A stretch of DNA of 55,386 bases. Origin: Psammoneis japonica (taxonomy: Eukaryota). The position numbers were made by a program, and so were the translations under genes. Every line of letters starts with the position of its first letter. Positions within the stretch are counted from its first letter, which is position 1. Positions 23,248 to 34,300 of the stretch are shown in pieces. Location: NCBI GenBank assembly GCA_008632985.1, contig QPGO01000006.1, forward strand, positions 496,001-551,386. The letters run 5' to 3'. The notes under the pieces were generated by a model. It saw only the letters and a program-made list of their open reading frames with translations, had not been told where the DNA came from and ran no database searches.

Positions 23248-24034
23248 GGCTCGGTCTACAGGTGAACCGCGCCGGATCGGATCGACGGATCGGATCGCGT
23301 CAGAATTCCGTTAGTCGACAGGTTGAACCGGATCGGATCGCGGATCGGATTCGACATTTTGATGAGTCGCAAAACGACATAAGTTTCAAGATTCCAAACT
23401 CCCAAGAACAACAAAGCGCTGACAACAGCGAACAACAAGAAGTGTGGCCATGATGCTTCACATCTTGTCATAACGTGACGATATGACGACAGAACCATAC
23501 TGTTATTACTGCTATACATACATATGAGACCGCATCATTGAGAATCGTTGTCACTCAGTGTTCGCAGCAACGCTAAGGAAGAAAAAGCTATCACTTTTGT
23601 AATTAGGAAACTAATGCAAATGTTTTCGTATTGAAATTTCGAATTAAATAATAAATACTTGTTATTTTGCTTATTCAATGTTTCTCCAACAAATCTATAC
23701 GGCATTATCGGTTTGACAAGCTATTCTATTGCCATGCGACCTTTCTCATCGTCATTTCGAGCATGGGAAGACTTTGACTATAATGCTCAGAATGTTCCTT
23801 GCCCTTTTGGCCGAATCTTATGCCGTTCTGTGTCATAATCGTGTGATGTTGTGCCATTGTCGTGATGACGGCACGGAATCTTCAAAATTGGATCCGACAT
23901 CCGATCCGAGATGGCGGATCAGTCCCACGAAGGCCACGGATCGACTTTTTGACTCGATGGACTAACATTTTAATGGGTTATGAAGGAGTCGATCCGGCGA
24001 TCCGATCCGGCTCGGTTCACCTGTAGACCGAGCC
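23248..24034. mobile_element. 787-bp PIF/Harbinger (Tourist-like) MITE, 3-bp TSD TCA
   Basis: TIR GGCTCGGTCTACAGGTGAACCG.GCCGGATCGGATCG at both ends (inverted). TCA at 23245-23247 and 24035-24037. Subterminal GATCG/CGATC repeats and AT-rich core. Confidence 0.88.
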
Positions 24035-24716
24035 TCAGTGGTTCGCAACTTGCGCAGCGTAAAACTCGCAACTGACACAATAAAGTAGTACCTACACAGA
24101 TACAACCTTTTAACAGAGGCAAAAAGCCATTGTTATCAATGCATTATGTTGTCAGCGGCCACTCGTGTGTGGAGCTCGGTCGCCGTCAAATCACCGTCAT
24201 GGTCGTTGTCGGTGATTTTCTCACCCCGTAGAAACAACCGTAGGGCAGTACCAGAAAAAAATATCGAACCATTGAGCGGTTCGCTACGTAGATAAGTACC
24301 GGGAGCCCCGTAGAATTGGTGAACCATGAGGTGGTTCGGGAGGACGAGCGTAGAAATATACGTGGTAATTTGTACCAGAGGGTCGAATGCAAAATTGAAC
24401 CAGAAAAATGAGGCTCACGATGAACAAGACGGTAGCAGTACGGAGAAGTTTAAGAACATAGTAAACCACTGAAATATAGCATACATATTTTCAAACAGAT
24501 GTTGCTGTATCGACTGATGTAATGTTATTGTAGATATCTCATTATCTTTTACACTTTTACCCATCGTCTATCGGTTCGTTTTTGGCTTGCCGCGAACCAC
24601 TTGATGGTTCGGGGCAGGAATCGCGCGCATTCGTGATTTCGCGCGGCGAACCACTGCATGGTTCGCGCTGGGAGTGGGGTTATGCGACGCACGACACAAA
24701 ATTTGCACGGACTACC

Positions 24717-25381
24717 ATGATCAACGATACGATGGAACAGCAACAACAAACGCAAGAAAAACAACAACAAGTAGATCTTCCTTGGGCCTGGATCAACGCT
24801 GTCAACGATGTGCTTTCGACTGGACCGTTTGAGGAACCAGAGGAACTGCCTGTACAAATTTTGCCTTGGCTGTACCTTTCAGACATTGGCGGGATTTACA
24901 GTCTCTCCAAACTGATGCAACTCGGCGTGACACACGTCCTGACGACGAATAAAATGTATTCCAGTCAAGATCGAGACACGCTCAAAAGAAATTGACAAAA
25001 GTGGGCATCCGTCACCTGGCTGTAGGCGGTGTTGATGATGCGGACTACGACATGATTGGAGCTCATTGGGAAGAATGCCGTGCGTTTTTGCAGCAAGCCA
25101 AAAACCACACAAACAGCAAGGTGGTTGTTCACTGTGCAGCTGGACAAAATCGATCCGGACTTGTTGTGTCAGCTGCATTGGTGTCCATGGAACGAATGCC
25201 GTTGCTAGATGCTGTCAAACTTGTCAAGGAAAAGCGCGGTATCGTCCTGACAAATCGATCCTTTCAGCAACAGCTGTGTGTCTTGGCAGTCGAAGAAGGA
25301 CTGCTAGGAGACAAGCCAACAGGGTACAAGAATGAAGAGCGTGTACTCATGAAACGAAATGATGGAGATAGATGGTCATAA
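24717..25381 (+). CDS. Dual-specificity protein phosphatase, 1-bp frameshift near 24985-24992
   Basis: ILPWLYLSD, LGVTHVL and catalytic VVVHCAAGQNRS. One extra A in the A-rich run joins ORFs 24582 and 24992. Confidence 0.85.
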
Positions 25382-25628
25382 TGATAAAGGTTAAAATAGA
25401 GACGCTAGTTCGAAGTATAGGTCGTGGGGGTATAATTTGTAGCCATTCCAGACGTGCTATGTGTTTTGGCTTCCAAAGAAGGACTGCTAGGAGACAATCC
25501 CACAGGAAACATAATGAAGAGCGTGTGTTGATGACACGAAATGATAGAGATACATGGTCATAATGACAGGGGTTGGACACGCAAGTTGAATTTAGCTTAG
25601 AAGGTATAATTTGTGGCCAATCCAGATA
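25274..25628 (+). repeat. Tandem duplication (~180 bp) of the phosphatase 3' end and 3' flank
   Basis: AAGAAGGACTGCTAGGAGACAA...AATGAAGAGCGTGT...ATGGTCATAATGA...GGTATAATTTGT.GCCA.TCCAGA occurs twice. Confidence 0.85.
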
Positions 25629-25801
25629 TGAGACGCCTACCCATAACGTCAATGAGGTTGAAATGGAGTACAAGTAGCATTAAGATACATGTTTCTATAA
25701 TGTATTCATTCGTCGCTTAGCCGGTTGCTTTGCCTGTTGACGAGGGCACTGTTGACTTCGTCAACTTTTCCAGGCAAACCCAAAGTAGCTGCAACATGTA
25801 T

Positions 25802-26407
25802 TTACCCCTTTGTCAGTTTTGCCTTCTTTTGTTTCTTTGATTTACGCTGAAACACGTGTTTGAGGCTGCGGATACGACCAAGCTTTTTCGGTTGTGGTGA
25901 AGCTCCCTCTACCTTTGCATCTTTTGCCTTATTGGGCGTCTTGGCTTTGGGCGAGTTTGTTACTAATGTGGGAGTAGCGACCTCTGGCGTGTCTGTAAAT
26001 TTGGAGAGATAGCGATTGCTCCGATGACGATTCTCCCCTCGTCGTCTCCTCCTGTAGAGTTGTGAAGAATACGGAGCGGCTTTGGAATTGAACAAGGTCG
26101 ACTTGTTCTCATTGTTCAAGTCATCGTTTTTAGCTTCCTTTGCACCGCCACAAGCAAAGTCCATCCAGCCAAAAGGCATGGCCATGCACCGAGAAACAAA
26201 GGGTTGTTCATCCTTTTCAATCGAAACCCATGATGGATTCGTGGCCAACGTCGACGGATTGCTTGCAATTGTAGAATTCAAATGGGAATTTGACATGGCT
26301 ATGGAATCGGCGGATTCCATACTCGAAAGATCAGTGGTTTCCATGGACGGTGATTCATCCGGAAACGACACCTCAGTGGGGACGGCTTGTGGCTGCTCTG
26401 TCGTCAT
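25802..26407 (-). CDS. Hypothetical protein, Ser-rich N-terminus and Lys-rich C-terminus
   Basis: ~200-aa ORF with normal composition; no family recognised. Confidence 0.5.
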   Translation of the reverse strand: MTTEQPQAVPTEVSFPDESPSMETTDLSSMESADSIAMSNSHLNSTIASNPSTLATNPSWVSIEKDEQPFVSRCMAMPFGWMDFACGGAKEAKNDDLNNENKSTLFNSKAAPYSSQLYRRRRRGENRHRSNRYLSKFTDTPEVATPTLVTNSPKAKTPNKAKDAKVEGASPQPKKLGRIRSLKHVFQRKSKKQKKAKLTKG

Positions 26408-26780
26408 TGTTACCTCAAACCCGTTGATCAAGAAGGAAAATGCATCGAAGGTGACGACGGGAATGAAAAAGTGAGGAGCGATACAAGCGATAAATATTGG
26501 CGAATAATACGTCTACAAGTTTGTATGTGTATTATCCTGTAAAAAGCCATCAACATAAATTATATTCACATTTGTAGATTTGTAGATGAACAATAAAACA
26601 ATTCCACGTGGAAGCACGACTGACTCACAAAAATTGAAAGATCAAAAAGATCTGGGATCGAAGAACGACGAATGGAACAAACCATCATAAAAGCTTGTTG
26701 TCAATCCGGTCCACCGTAGCCTTCACATCTGTACTATCTTCGTCTTTACTTATCAGTTCACTTAGATCTAGGCCCTCACC

Positions 26781-27680
26781 ATGAATAACAATGACAAAAA
26801 CAGTGACGATAAGCAACGCCGTCAACGAGAAGAGGAAATGCACGTAATTGAAAGCGTTTTTCGCTTGATTCGTCATCAATTGCAGACGAGCGAAACGATT
26901 CAAGACATGGCTACAGATCAGAGTGACAAGACAGAGTACTCGGCCGAGCGACGCATACTCATGCAAGTGAATCAATCGGGTCTCGGTCAAGGTGTCTTGG
27001 CGGGTGTGGTGACCTTTGTCGTTCTCAGGCGTGCTCCTCATTATCTCGCAAAACGATTTGCTGCTCAACAGCAGCAGGAGGAATCGCCAAGAGTGGATAC
27101 AAACTGGATCAACCAAATCCATTTCAGTCTTCCGCTTCTTCTGCAAAACCCGATCGCCCCCCATTGCCTTTCGAGCGTTACGATTTGCCTTGGACTCTGT
27201 CGTGTCCTTGGTGGTTGCAGCAAGCACGTCGCTGTACTTCACAAACTTGAATACCGTCATGGACAAGATATCCAACATTCCCCTCGTCGAGGGCAAATCC
27301 ATTGTTTCTCAAGAGTTTTGCACTCCAGTGACGCAAGAGTACAAGCGACTATACCAAGAAAATCCAAAGGTTTGGAACAATTCGTCCAATCCAACTCTAA
27401 AGGCGATTCGTGGTTTGTTCACAATTGTCAGTTGCGTCAAGCACACGAAGAACAACTACGACAAGAGCAAGGATTGTCCTTGAGCCAAAAGGACTACAAG
27501 TTTCCAAGCATCCCCTCACCGGGAGTTAACAGGGATGTTTCGATTGATGCAGAGCAAATGAATAACGAAAAAGACGAGTTTGGGAACGACGTCAACTACT
27601 TTGAGAGCAACCAAGAATTCTTTGGGGAGCAGGACAAAATAGTGTTGATTCTTTTGAAAAGGAGTGGGCGGATTCAATGA
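26781..27680 (+). CDS. Hypothetical membrane protein with two compensating frameshifts
   Basis: Start and end of ORF 26781..27680 look coding. The middle reads better in ORF 27016..27483 (FALDSVVSLVVAAS...IPLVEGKSIVSQEFC). Confidence 0.6.
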   Translation: MNNNDKNSDDKQRRQREEEMHVIESVFRLIRHQLQTSETIQDMATDQSDKTEYSAERRILMQVNQSGLGQGVLAGVVTFVVLRRAPHYLAKRFAAQQQQEESPRVDTNWINQIHFSLPLLLQNPIAPHCLSSVTICLGLCRVLGGCSKHVAVLHKLEYRHGQDIQHSPRRGQIHCFSRVLHSSDARVQATIPRKSKGLEQFVQSNSKGDSWFVHNCQLRQAHEEQLRQEQGLSLSQKDYKFPSIPSPGVNRDVSIDAEQMNNEKDEFGNDVNYFESNQEFFGEQDKIVLILLKRSGRIQ

Positions 27681-28371
27681 CATCTGATAGCGATAGTAAG
27701 GATGGTGGCAACCGCGGTTTCTAAGAACAGGTCATGAATAAGTACTGTAGTCGTACTCTTAGAAAGCAACACGATTTCAAAACTGGTTTGTCACCAACTG
27801 CATCACTGCCAACAAGTACTTCTAATTGTACAGATGCGCTTTGGTGACATGATAAGTGTTGCAGACTCTTTGTCTTCTTCTCGCCCGACACCTCATTAGA
27901 ATTGTCCATAGCTGCCCTCTACTAGAACTTGAATCGTAGCGTAGGAAATTGCAAAAATCTCTAGGAATGGATGCGATAGCTTATTACATCCCGTAAGACG
28001 TGCCATATCTCCGCACCGACGGTGGTAAAGGGAGGAGAGAAAGCTTGGCAGCAACGCCCACGAGTTCTAACCGTATAGAAGTCCCCTCTGAAGAGGCTCT
28101 AGTAGTGGCCCACAGGTAGCAGGCACCTTCTCGAACATGACAATGGCGTGCAAACGGCAGTCTTTCGCGGCACATAGGCCTTTGTGGTACTAATAGATTT
28201 CTGGCCACTTGGAAGTTGCCATGTGCCCTCATGCACTGTACGTCAAAGCTGGCGTTTGTTTCCGTGGCGACCGACAGGGTGCGCAACAATGAGGATTCAA
28301 TTTGCGGGCGCCTTTTGTTCGGTCAAGCATTAGTTTTGAGTCTCAAATGCATCGAGTGCAACTGATATAGA

Positions 28372-28961
28372 TCATTCCGGTGGTGAAGTTGTACCCTCCT
28401 CAATTGCATCCAAAAGCCATTCAAACCCTTCCTCCAGACCATCTCCTGTAATGGCAGTCGTCTCTTGAACGTGCCACCTTCTCTTTTGAGCCAGTGGGAC
28501 AAACCCAGCGCCTCGCTTACCCGGTCAGCCGACATGGCATCCTTACAATCCTGCTTGTTGGCACAAACTAGAAGAACAGCGTCCTTCAAATCCTCCTGCC
28601 CCATGACGTATTCGAGTTCTCGACAAACTTGTTCTTCTCCTCGAATGCGCAATCTCGAGTCCACCACAAAAACAATGGCATCCGTTCCTGGATAATAGCT
28701 GCAATGATTTCTATAGCCCTGTCCATGCAGAACTGTGGCGCCTCCGCCAATATCCCACAGTGACAGGTTGATTCTGCGCTCCGGATATCGCAACGTCTCT
28801 TGGTTGCAACCACAGGTTGGAATCGTTAAAAAATTGCTTTTGAAAACCAGCCTATTGAATATAGTTGTCTTTCCGGAATTATCCAATCCAAGAAGCAACA
28901 CTTGGTACTCTTTGGGAGAACAAAAGATGGAGCCGACGGTGCTGCTCAAAGACGATCCCAT
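28372..28961 (-). CDS. ARF/ARL-family small GTPase, frameshift near 28480
   Basis: MG start, GLDNSGKTT (G1), TIPT (G2), WDIGG (G3), NKQD (G4). The shifted frame gives the typical end WHVQETTAITGDGLEEGFEWL with a stop at 28372. Confidence 0.85.
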
Positions 28962-29464
28962 GCTACTACTATATTCGCCCTTTAGACTGTAGACCTCCTT
29001 TTGCGCAAGTCGATCGCTTCAGGCGTGTGCTTCAGGTTGATGTATGTTCAATCAGAAGCACTCCCTCCTTTCTCCGACCTGCTTGCCAGCACAATAATGA
29101 TCCGACAATACAGCGAGGCGATGTTGATAGTGATGAATAGGGCCCTAACACTTTTCTGGCCTGCTGCTTCCCTCATCAAGAGTCGAAAACGATACGGTGA
29201 GTGGTCGCGCTCAAAAGAAAAAAATGAGAAGAGCAAGAGCAAACGCAGCCGAACAAAATAAAAAAGGACACTCTAATCGGCTATGATCAAGGTACGTGTA
29301 ATAAAGAGCGTGACTTCTTTCTAACGAAAAGATCAAGATCTGAGGACGGATAGATCGCGCAAAACCTGCCGAAACTGCGATGCCATCATCATCATAAAAC
29401 GACATTGTGTGCATCGAAATCAAAACTACGAACGTTTTGTCTTCCGCATAGACAGTCCATTATC

Positions 29465-30085
29465 ATGACGAGAGCAAACAATAATAATGTCGTGATTCGT
29501 CCAATAGAATCTCGAGATGCAGCACAGGCCGCTCAGGTGTGGTGTGATGGCTTGCAACAAACTGTGGATGCCCTGCCACAGGAAAAACAAGAAGCCGTCC
29601 GTTCTCATTTTGCCAAAATGGTCAGCAACGAGCGTGTAAAAGGAGGCATGACGGGAGTCAACGGCGAGGGTTTGATTGATTTTTACATGGGGGGCGGCGG
29701 CAGCAAAGATCGTTGCATGTTTGTGGCTGTAGAGGAGCATCAAGGGGATAACAATGAGGTCTGTGGTGATGTTGATGTGTTGGGTTTGGTGGGCATCAAG
29801 CGCGGTATGGACTACAAGAAAGATCCAGCAGCAACAGACAAAGATTACAATTGGTGTAGTATATGGAAAATGTCAGTTCGTGAGAATGCTCGAGGAAAAG
29901 GAGTCGGATCTCAACTCATGCAGGTTTGTGAGGAATGGGCAAAAGAGCGCAGTCCAATCGTCGACGCAATTCGATTGTACACGGGAAATCCCATTGCTGC
30001 TAGTTTCTACACCAAAACTGTTGGCTTTGTTGAAATTAAAAAGACGGATCATTACGGCATTTATGAAAAGAAACTCACACTGTAA
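29465..30085 (+). CDS. GNAT-family N-acetyltransferase
   Basis: VIRPIESRD start, KMSVRENARGKGVGSQLM acetyl-CoA motif A, NPIAASFY...GF. Confidence 0.85.
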   Translation: MTRANNNNVVIRPIESRDAAQAAQVWCDGLQQTVDALPQEKQEAVRSHFAKMVSNERVKGGMTGVNGEGLIDFYMGGGGSKDRCMFVAVEEHQGDNNEVCGDVDVLGLVGIKRGMDYKKDPAATDKDYNWCSIWKMSVRENARGKGVGSQLMQVCEEWAKERSPIVDAIRLYTGNPIAASFYTKTVGFVEIKKTDHYGIYEKKLTL

Positions 30086-30419
30086 CAACAAGAACCCCGA
30101 GTCGGCGCTGACACACTTGTGGACTTAGGATTCGGTTCATTGCCGGAGCCAAGCTCGATAAAGTCAAACTACCAGAACAAGAAGAGAAACTATGTAGAGA
30201 ATTCTCTTAATTAGCCTATGCAGACACTGAGCATGCGTACACCATTGTTGTGTCTCACAAGATTGCAGCACCGGAGATAGACATGCATTCCATCCCGTAG
30301 AACAACCAATAATAGACGGGATTTCGGCTACGAGATATGGAGCGACATGTCTGTGGATATGTCCAATCGTCACCTATGACATGTGGTCGCCTCAATCATG
30401 GCAACACCTGTCATTGCAA

Positions 30420-33400
30420 TTCGGTCTTACTTTTCAGAAAACATTTGCCAACAATCATCATCAGAAATGTTCTCTCTAGAGCTTCAAGCTGCAAAAGACA
30501 AAATGAGCACTTGATGCACAGACAACATGTGTTGGGCAGGCAAATCAGCAAAATTGAGAGCTTGTTCTTGGTGCAAGGTCCTTCTGCAGCAGTGCTGGGT
30601 GTGTTGCCAGTGGCTCCAGTGCATCTCCAGCTGGGGCCATGGATGCTGGCTGTCCCACACCCTGGCACAAGGTTGCTCCTGTCACCAACACTGCAGCAGA
30701 TGACATCATGAAGCTGTGCAATGGTGGCTGAGAGCCACCACCTCAATGGCCAGCTGTTGTCATTCTCACTCTCTAGAAGAAGAGCAGCAAGCAAGAGGTG
30801 ACAATGGAAACAATGCTCTCTCCCTCGCTCACACTCCCACATGGCCACAGGGTGGATGGAAGTGCGTGTGGGTCTGTTGCCACCAGCTCCACTTGTCACC
30901 AAGGCAACTTTCAAAAATTCCACCAGCAGGAAGTGCATGATTGGCACCCTGCCATTGTGCCACATCAGCAGTGTGACTGGGTGCAAGTGTGGCATCCAGT
31001 CACCCCTCCAGTGTTGACACTGCTCTGCACATCAATCTTCAAGAGCTGCCATTGCTGCTGCTGACCTCTGAGATGCTGAGCAGCTCATGTTGCCACCAGA
31101 CTCCTCCTTGCAGTTGATTCCTCCAATTTTGGAAAGGAAGATGAAAGTCCAGGGCCCCTCTTTTCTGGAGTTGATTCACGCACATCTTCATCTCAAACTG
31201 TGGGTCACACAGATGATGTCAACCCTTGGGGCCAAGTTGTGCACCTCAGCACGCAGACAAAGACTTCAATGTGCCCCTTGTTGGCTCCAATGAAAAGTCT
31301 GGGTTGTGGTCAGGACATTGTGCCTCTGTTGAGTGTCTGATGCCCTGACCAAGGTGGCAGATGAAATGTTGCCATGATCCATCATGATGAGCACACACCT
31401 GGCAACCGGTTGCTGTTGCAGCACCCCCTTCCAAAGCCCTGTGATGTCTTGCAAAGGATTTGAAGCACATCATTTCCAAGTGTGGTGCAACTTGCAATGA
31501 AGAGAGGCAATGCTTGAAGATGTCTCTCCCCACACATCAACTCTCAACTCTGCAGTGCAGTCTCCTGCTTGATTCATTCCCCACCTTTCACCACTGTGCA
31601 TGACTTTGTGGTGCATTTGGACAATCTCCTTGCTGACCCCATTTTCCACCACAATGTTGATGACATCAATGCAAGCACCAAAGATTCATGACACTTCCTC
31701 ATCCTGTCACTCCCTCTGGACATGATGGACTCAGTGGCGAGTGGAGCCTCAACTGGGATCAGAGACAAAAGATGGGCACTGGGGTGTCACGGAACAATTT
31801 CTCTGCAAACTGCTTTGACCCTGAAATTCCTCCCATGTTCCACATTTTCTCCATTTTCCACACACTGACAAAGCTCAAAAAGCCATGGTGGCCCTTCTTT
31901 CCATGGAGCCCTCTGTGCTGCTCCCAAACAATGAGCCACCACTGTTGGCAACCCCTTGGCTTCATCCCTCATGCTGCCACAGCCCCACTCTGAAGAAAAA
32001 AATGTGGTTTTTAGATGCAACATGAGGAGCTGTGATTGCATCCTAAAAACAATGATGGAGCCCTCATGATTGAGGCACACAGAAGACCGCCCCATCAAAT
32101 GTGCCCACAGTCAGCTGGGAGAGAAAGTGGGCTTTGCACCAGAGTGTGGCACCACACTCAGCACCCCCAGTTGGAGATGGTCTGATTGCTGGCCAAGCAA
32201 TTGAAAGAGTTCTCTTGGGACAGGGATGAAAGCTGCCAAGCAAGTTGGTCGTGCACGCTGCTCAGCTTTGTCAATGTCTTGTTTCTCACAGCATCTGCTG
32301 GAGGAACTGAGACTTTCCATGCACTTCATCCTGGCCCCAAGTTGGCCATGGCTGACTTGAGTTGTTCCACTTTCACATGGAGTTGTTGATGTCAGCTGCT
32401 TGGCAGAGCTCCAGCCAAAGCTCAGCCTGAATGATGCAAAGCCAACAGAGCAGATGTTTGCCCTGACCTTGTCAAGCTAGTTGGGGTCATCAGCAGCACC
32501 CCCAATGTCAGTGGTGGGTTGCTCCAGCAAGGAATTCAGAGCCGCAGATGGGAAAATCAAGGAAAGAGTCATGCTCAACAAACACCACCATGATTTCAAG
32601 GTGTCGAATGTTTTGAGAATGTGCAGCATTGGAAAGGGGAGCCATGCAAGAAAAATGTTGACAATTTGATGCTGTGAAAAGATTTGCTTTGAGCCCAAAT
32701 GGCTTCAGCGGGTGACCTCAGGGGCAAGCAAAACACCCATCACCTGCGGGGGCTCTGTTGCACCTCCTCTGACCAGCTCTTGCTTCCCAACAACTGGCAG
32801 TCCTGCAGGAGCAGCCTTGGGAACAACAGAGATCATCTCCAGTGCATGACCCAGGTGGTTCAATGCCATTGGCTTTGTCAACAGCCAGCGAGGAAAGTGG
32901 CAGCAACAAGCCAAAAGCAGCTGAGTTGTTGTGGGAACTCAAAAGGACTCAGGGCCCAGCCCTTCCAGTGGGGGCTCAAACACACATCAGACCATTGCTC
33001 TTCTCAAGCTCATGCCATGAACAACAGAGTCAGCCTGTTTTCTGGTGCAATGGCAAATGATGAGTGCTTGTCAGTGTTGACACAGAACACCAGCTGCAAA
33101 AGAAGAAGCAAAAGTCGAACAAATGCAAGGAATGTGCATCAGCAAGTTGACAAAGCCTCAGCCAGAGCAGTGCACTTGCTGTTGCTGAAGCAAGTGCGCA
33201 CTTCATTGATGCAGCCCAGCATCCCAACTTTTGAAGTGACCAGCTGGGAACTCATGTTGCCCATCTTGAATTCAGCAAACTGCTGTCCCGTTCAAGCCTG
33301 CTCAACATGGCTGCAAAGCCTTGAATGTCCAAGAACCAAATCACGCTCTTGACAGTCACCCCATCTCCATGCTCAATCACCCCCACATGAACTCTCAACG

Positions 33401-34300
33401 AAACTCAGTGTGGTGTCACTGTGATTGCTTCCCTCAAAGAAGAAGGCATCTGCCTCACACCCCTTTCACCATCAACCACCTGGGAGCTCCCAGGTGCTCT
33501 GCTTCCTGCCTGCTCTTTAGAGCTGGCCAAGACAACCCCACTCCTGGTGCCCCTCCAGCTCCACCCTGGAAATCAGTGCCCTCTTTGCAACACCCATCTG
33601 TGCATGGTGCTGCCCCTGCATCAATGTTCAACTTTCTCTGTCAGCCATGCCTTTTGCCCTTTTCTCGCTGATGCAGCTTCCTTGACCAGCACACCATCAC
33701 CTCCACTCAATTTGGTCTCACCTGCTTTGCCACTGCTCCTGCTCAATGGGGCCTTCAAAGCCTCAGCTTTGCCATTGCCAAACCCCTTGCTGATCAGCTT
33801 CTCTGCTGTTCCACACACCAAGCCACATGCACAACTTGCTGTCTCCACTTTCAGAAGCAACCCACCCATTCTCCCCACCTGCGACACTCCTGTTTCACCC
33901 CACCACAACATCTGCGCTCCACACCACACTGCTGGGTGACCCTTCATGTGCACATGCCAGAGCAAGGTGTCCCCCTGGCCCACCAACAAATGCAGCACAA
34001 TGTGCTGCTGGCAAACTCAACCAGTCCTGCTGCCTCAACCAGCCCCACCTGCTGACAGACTGATGCTGATGCTTGTGTGAGTTCTCCAGTGTGCACAACT
34101 CTGCTGTCCACACAAGCCACAACACCACCGCCATGACAATGCACAAACCCAAAAGCAGCAACACAACAAAAATGCTCCCCAAAGGACATGCAACACAACC
34201 CCATCCTCAAAGAAAACCAGAACAACAAAATGCTGTGAGTCATTTGAGTGAATTGTTTGCCTCTTTGTTGTCAATGGACATTGTCAAAAATGCCAGGGCA
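30420..34300 (-). mobile_element. Heavily mutated Ty3/gypsy-like retrotransposon relic
   Basis: On the minus strand, RNase H-like KTLTKAEQR (~32250-32280) and LLGQQSDH precede integrase-like RTSIHPVAMWECER (~30830-30870). No intact ORF; TpA essentially absent. Confidence 0.4.

Noticed and set aside
24980..24995. Programmed ribosomal frameshift in the phosphatase
   Set aside because: Several nearby genes show similar indels, so an assembly error is simpler.
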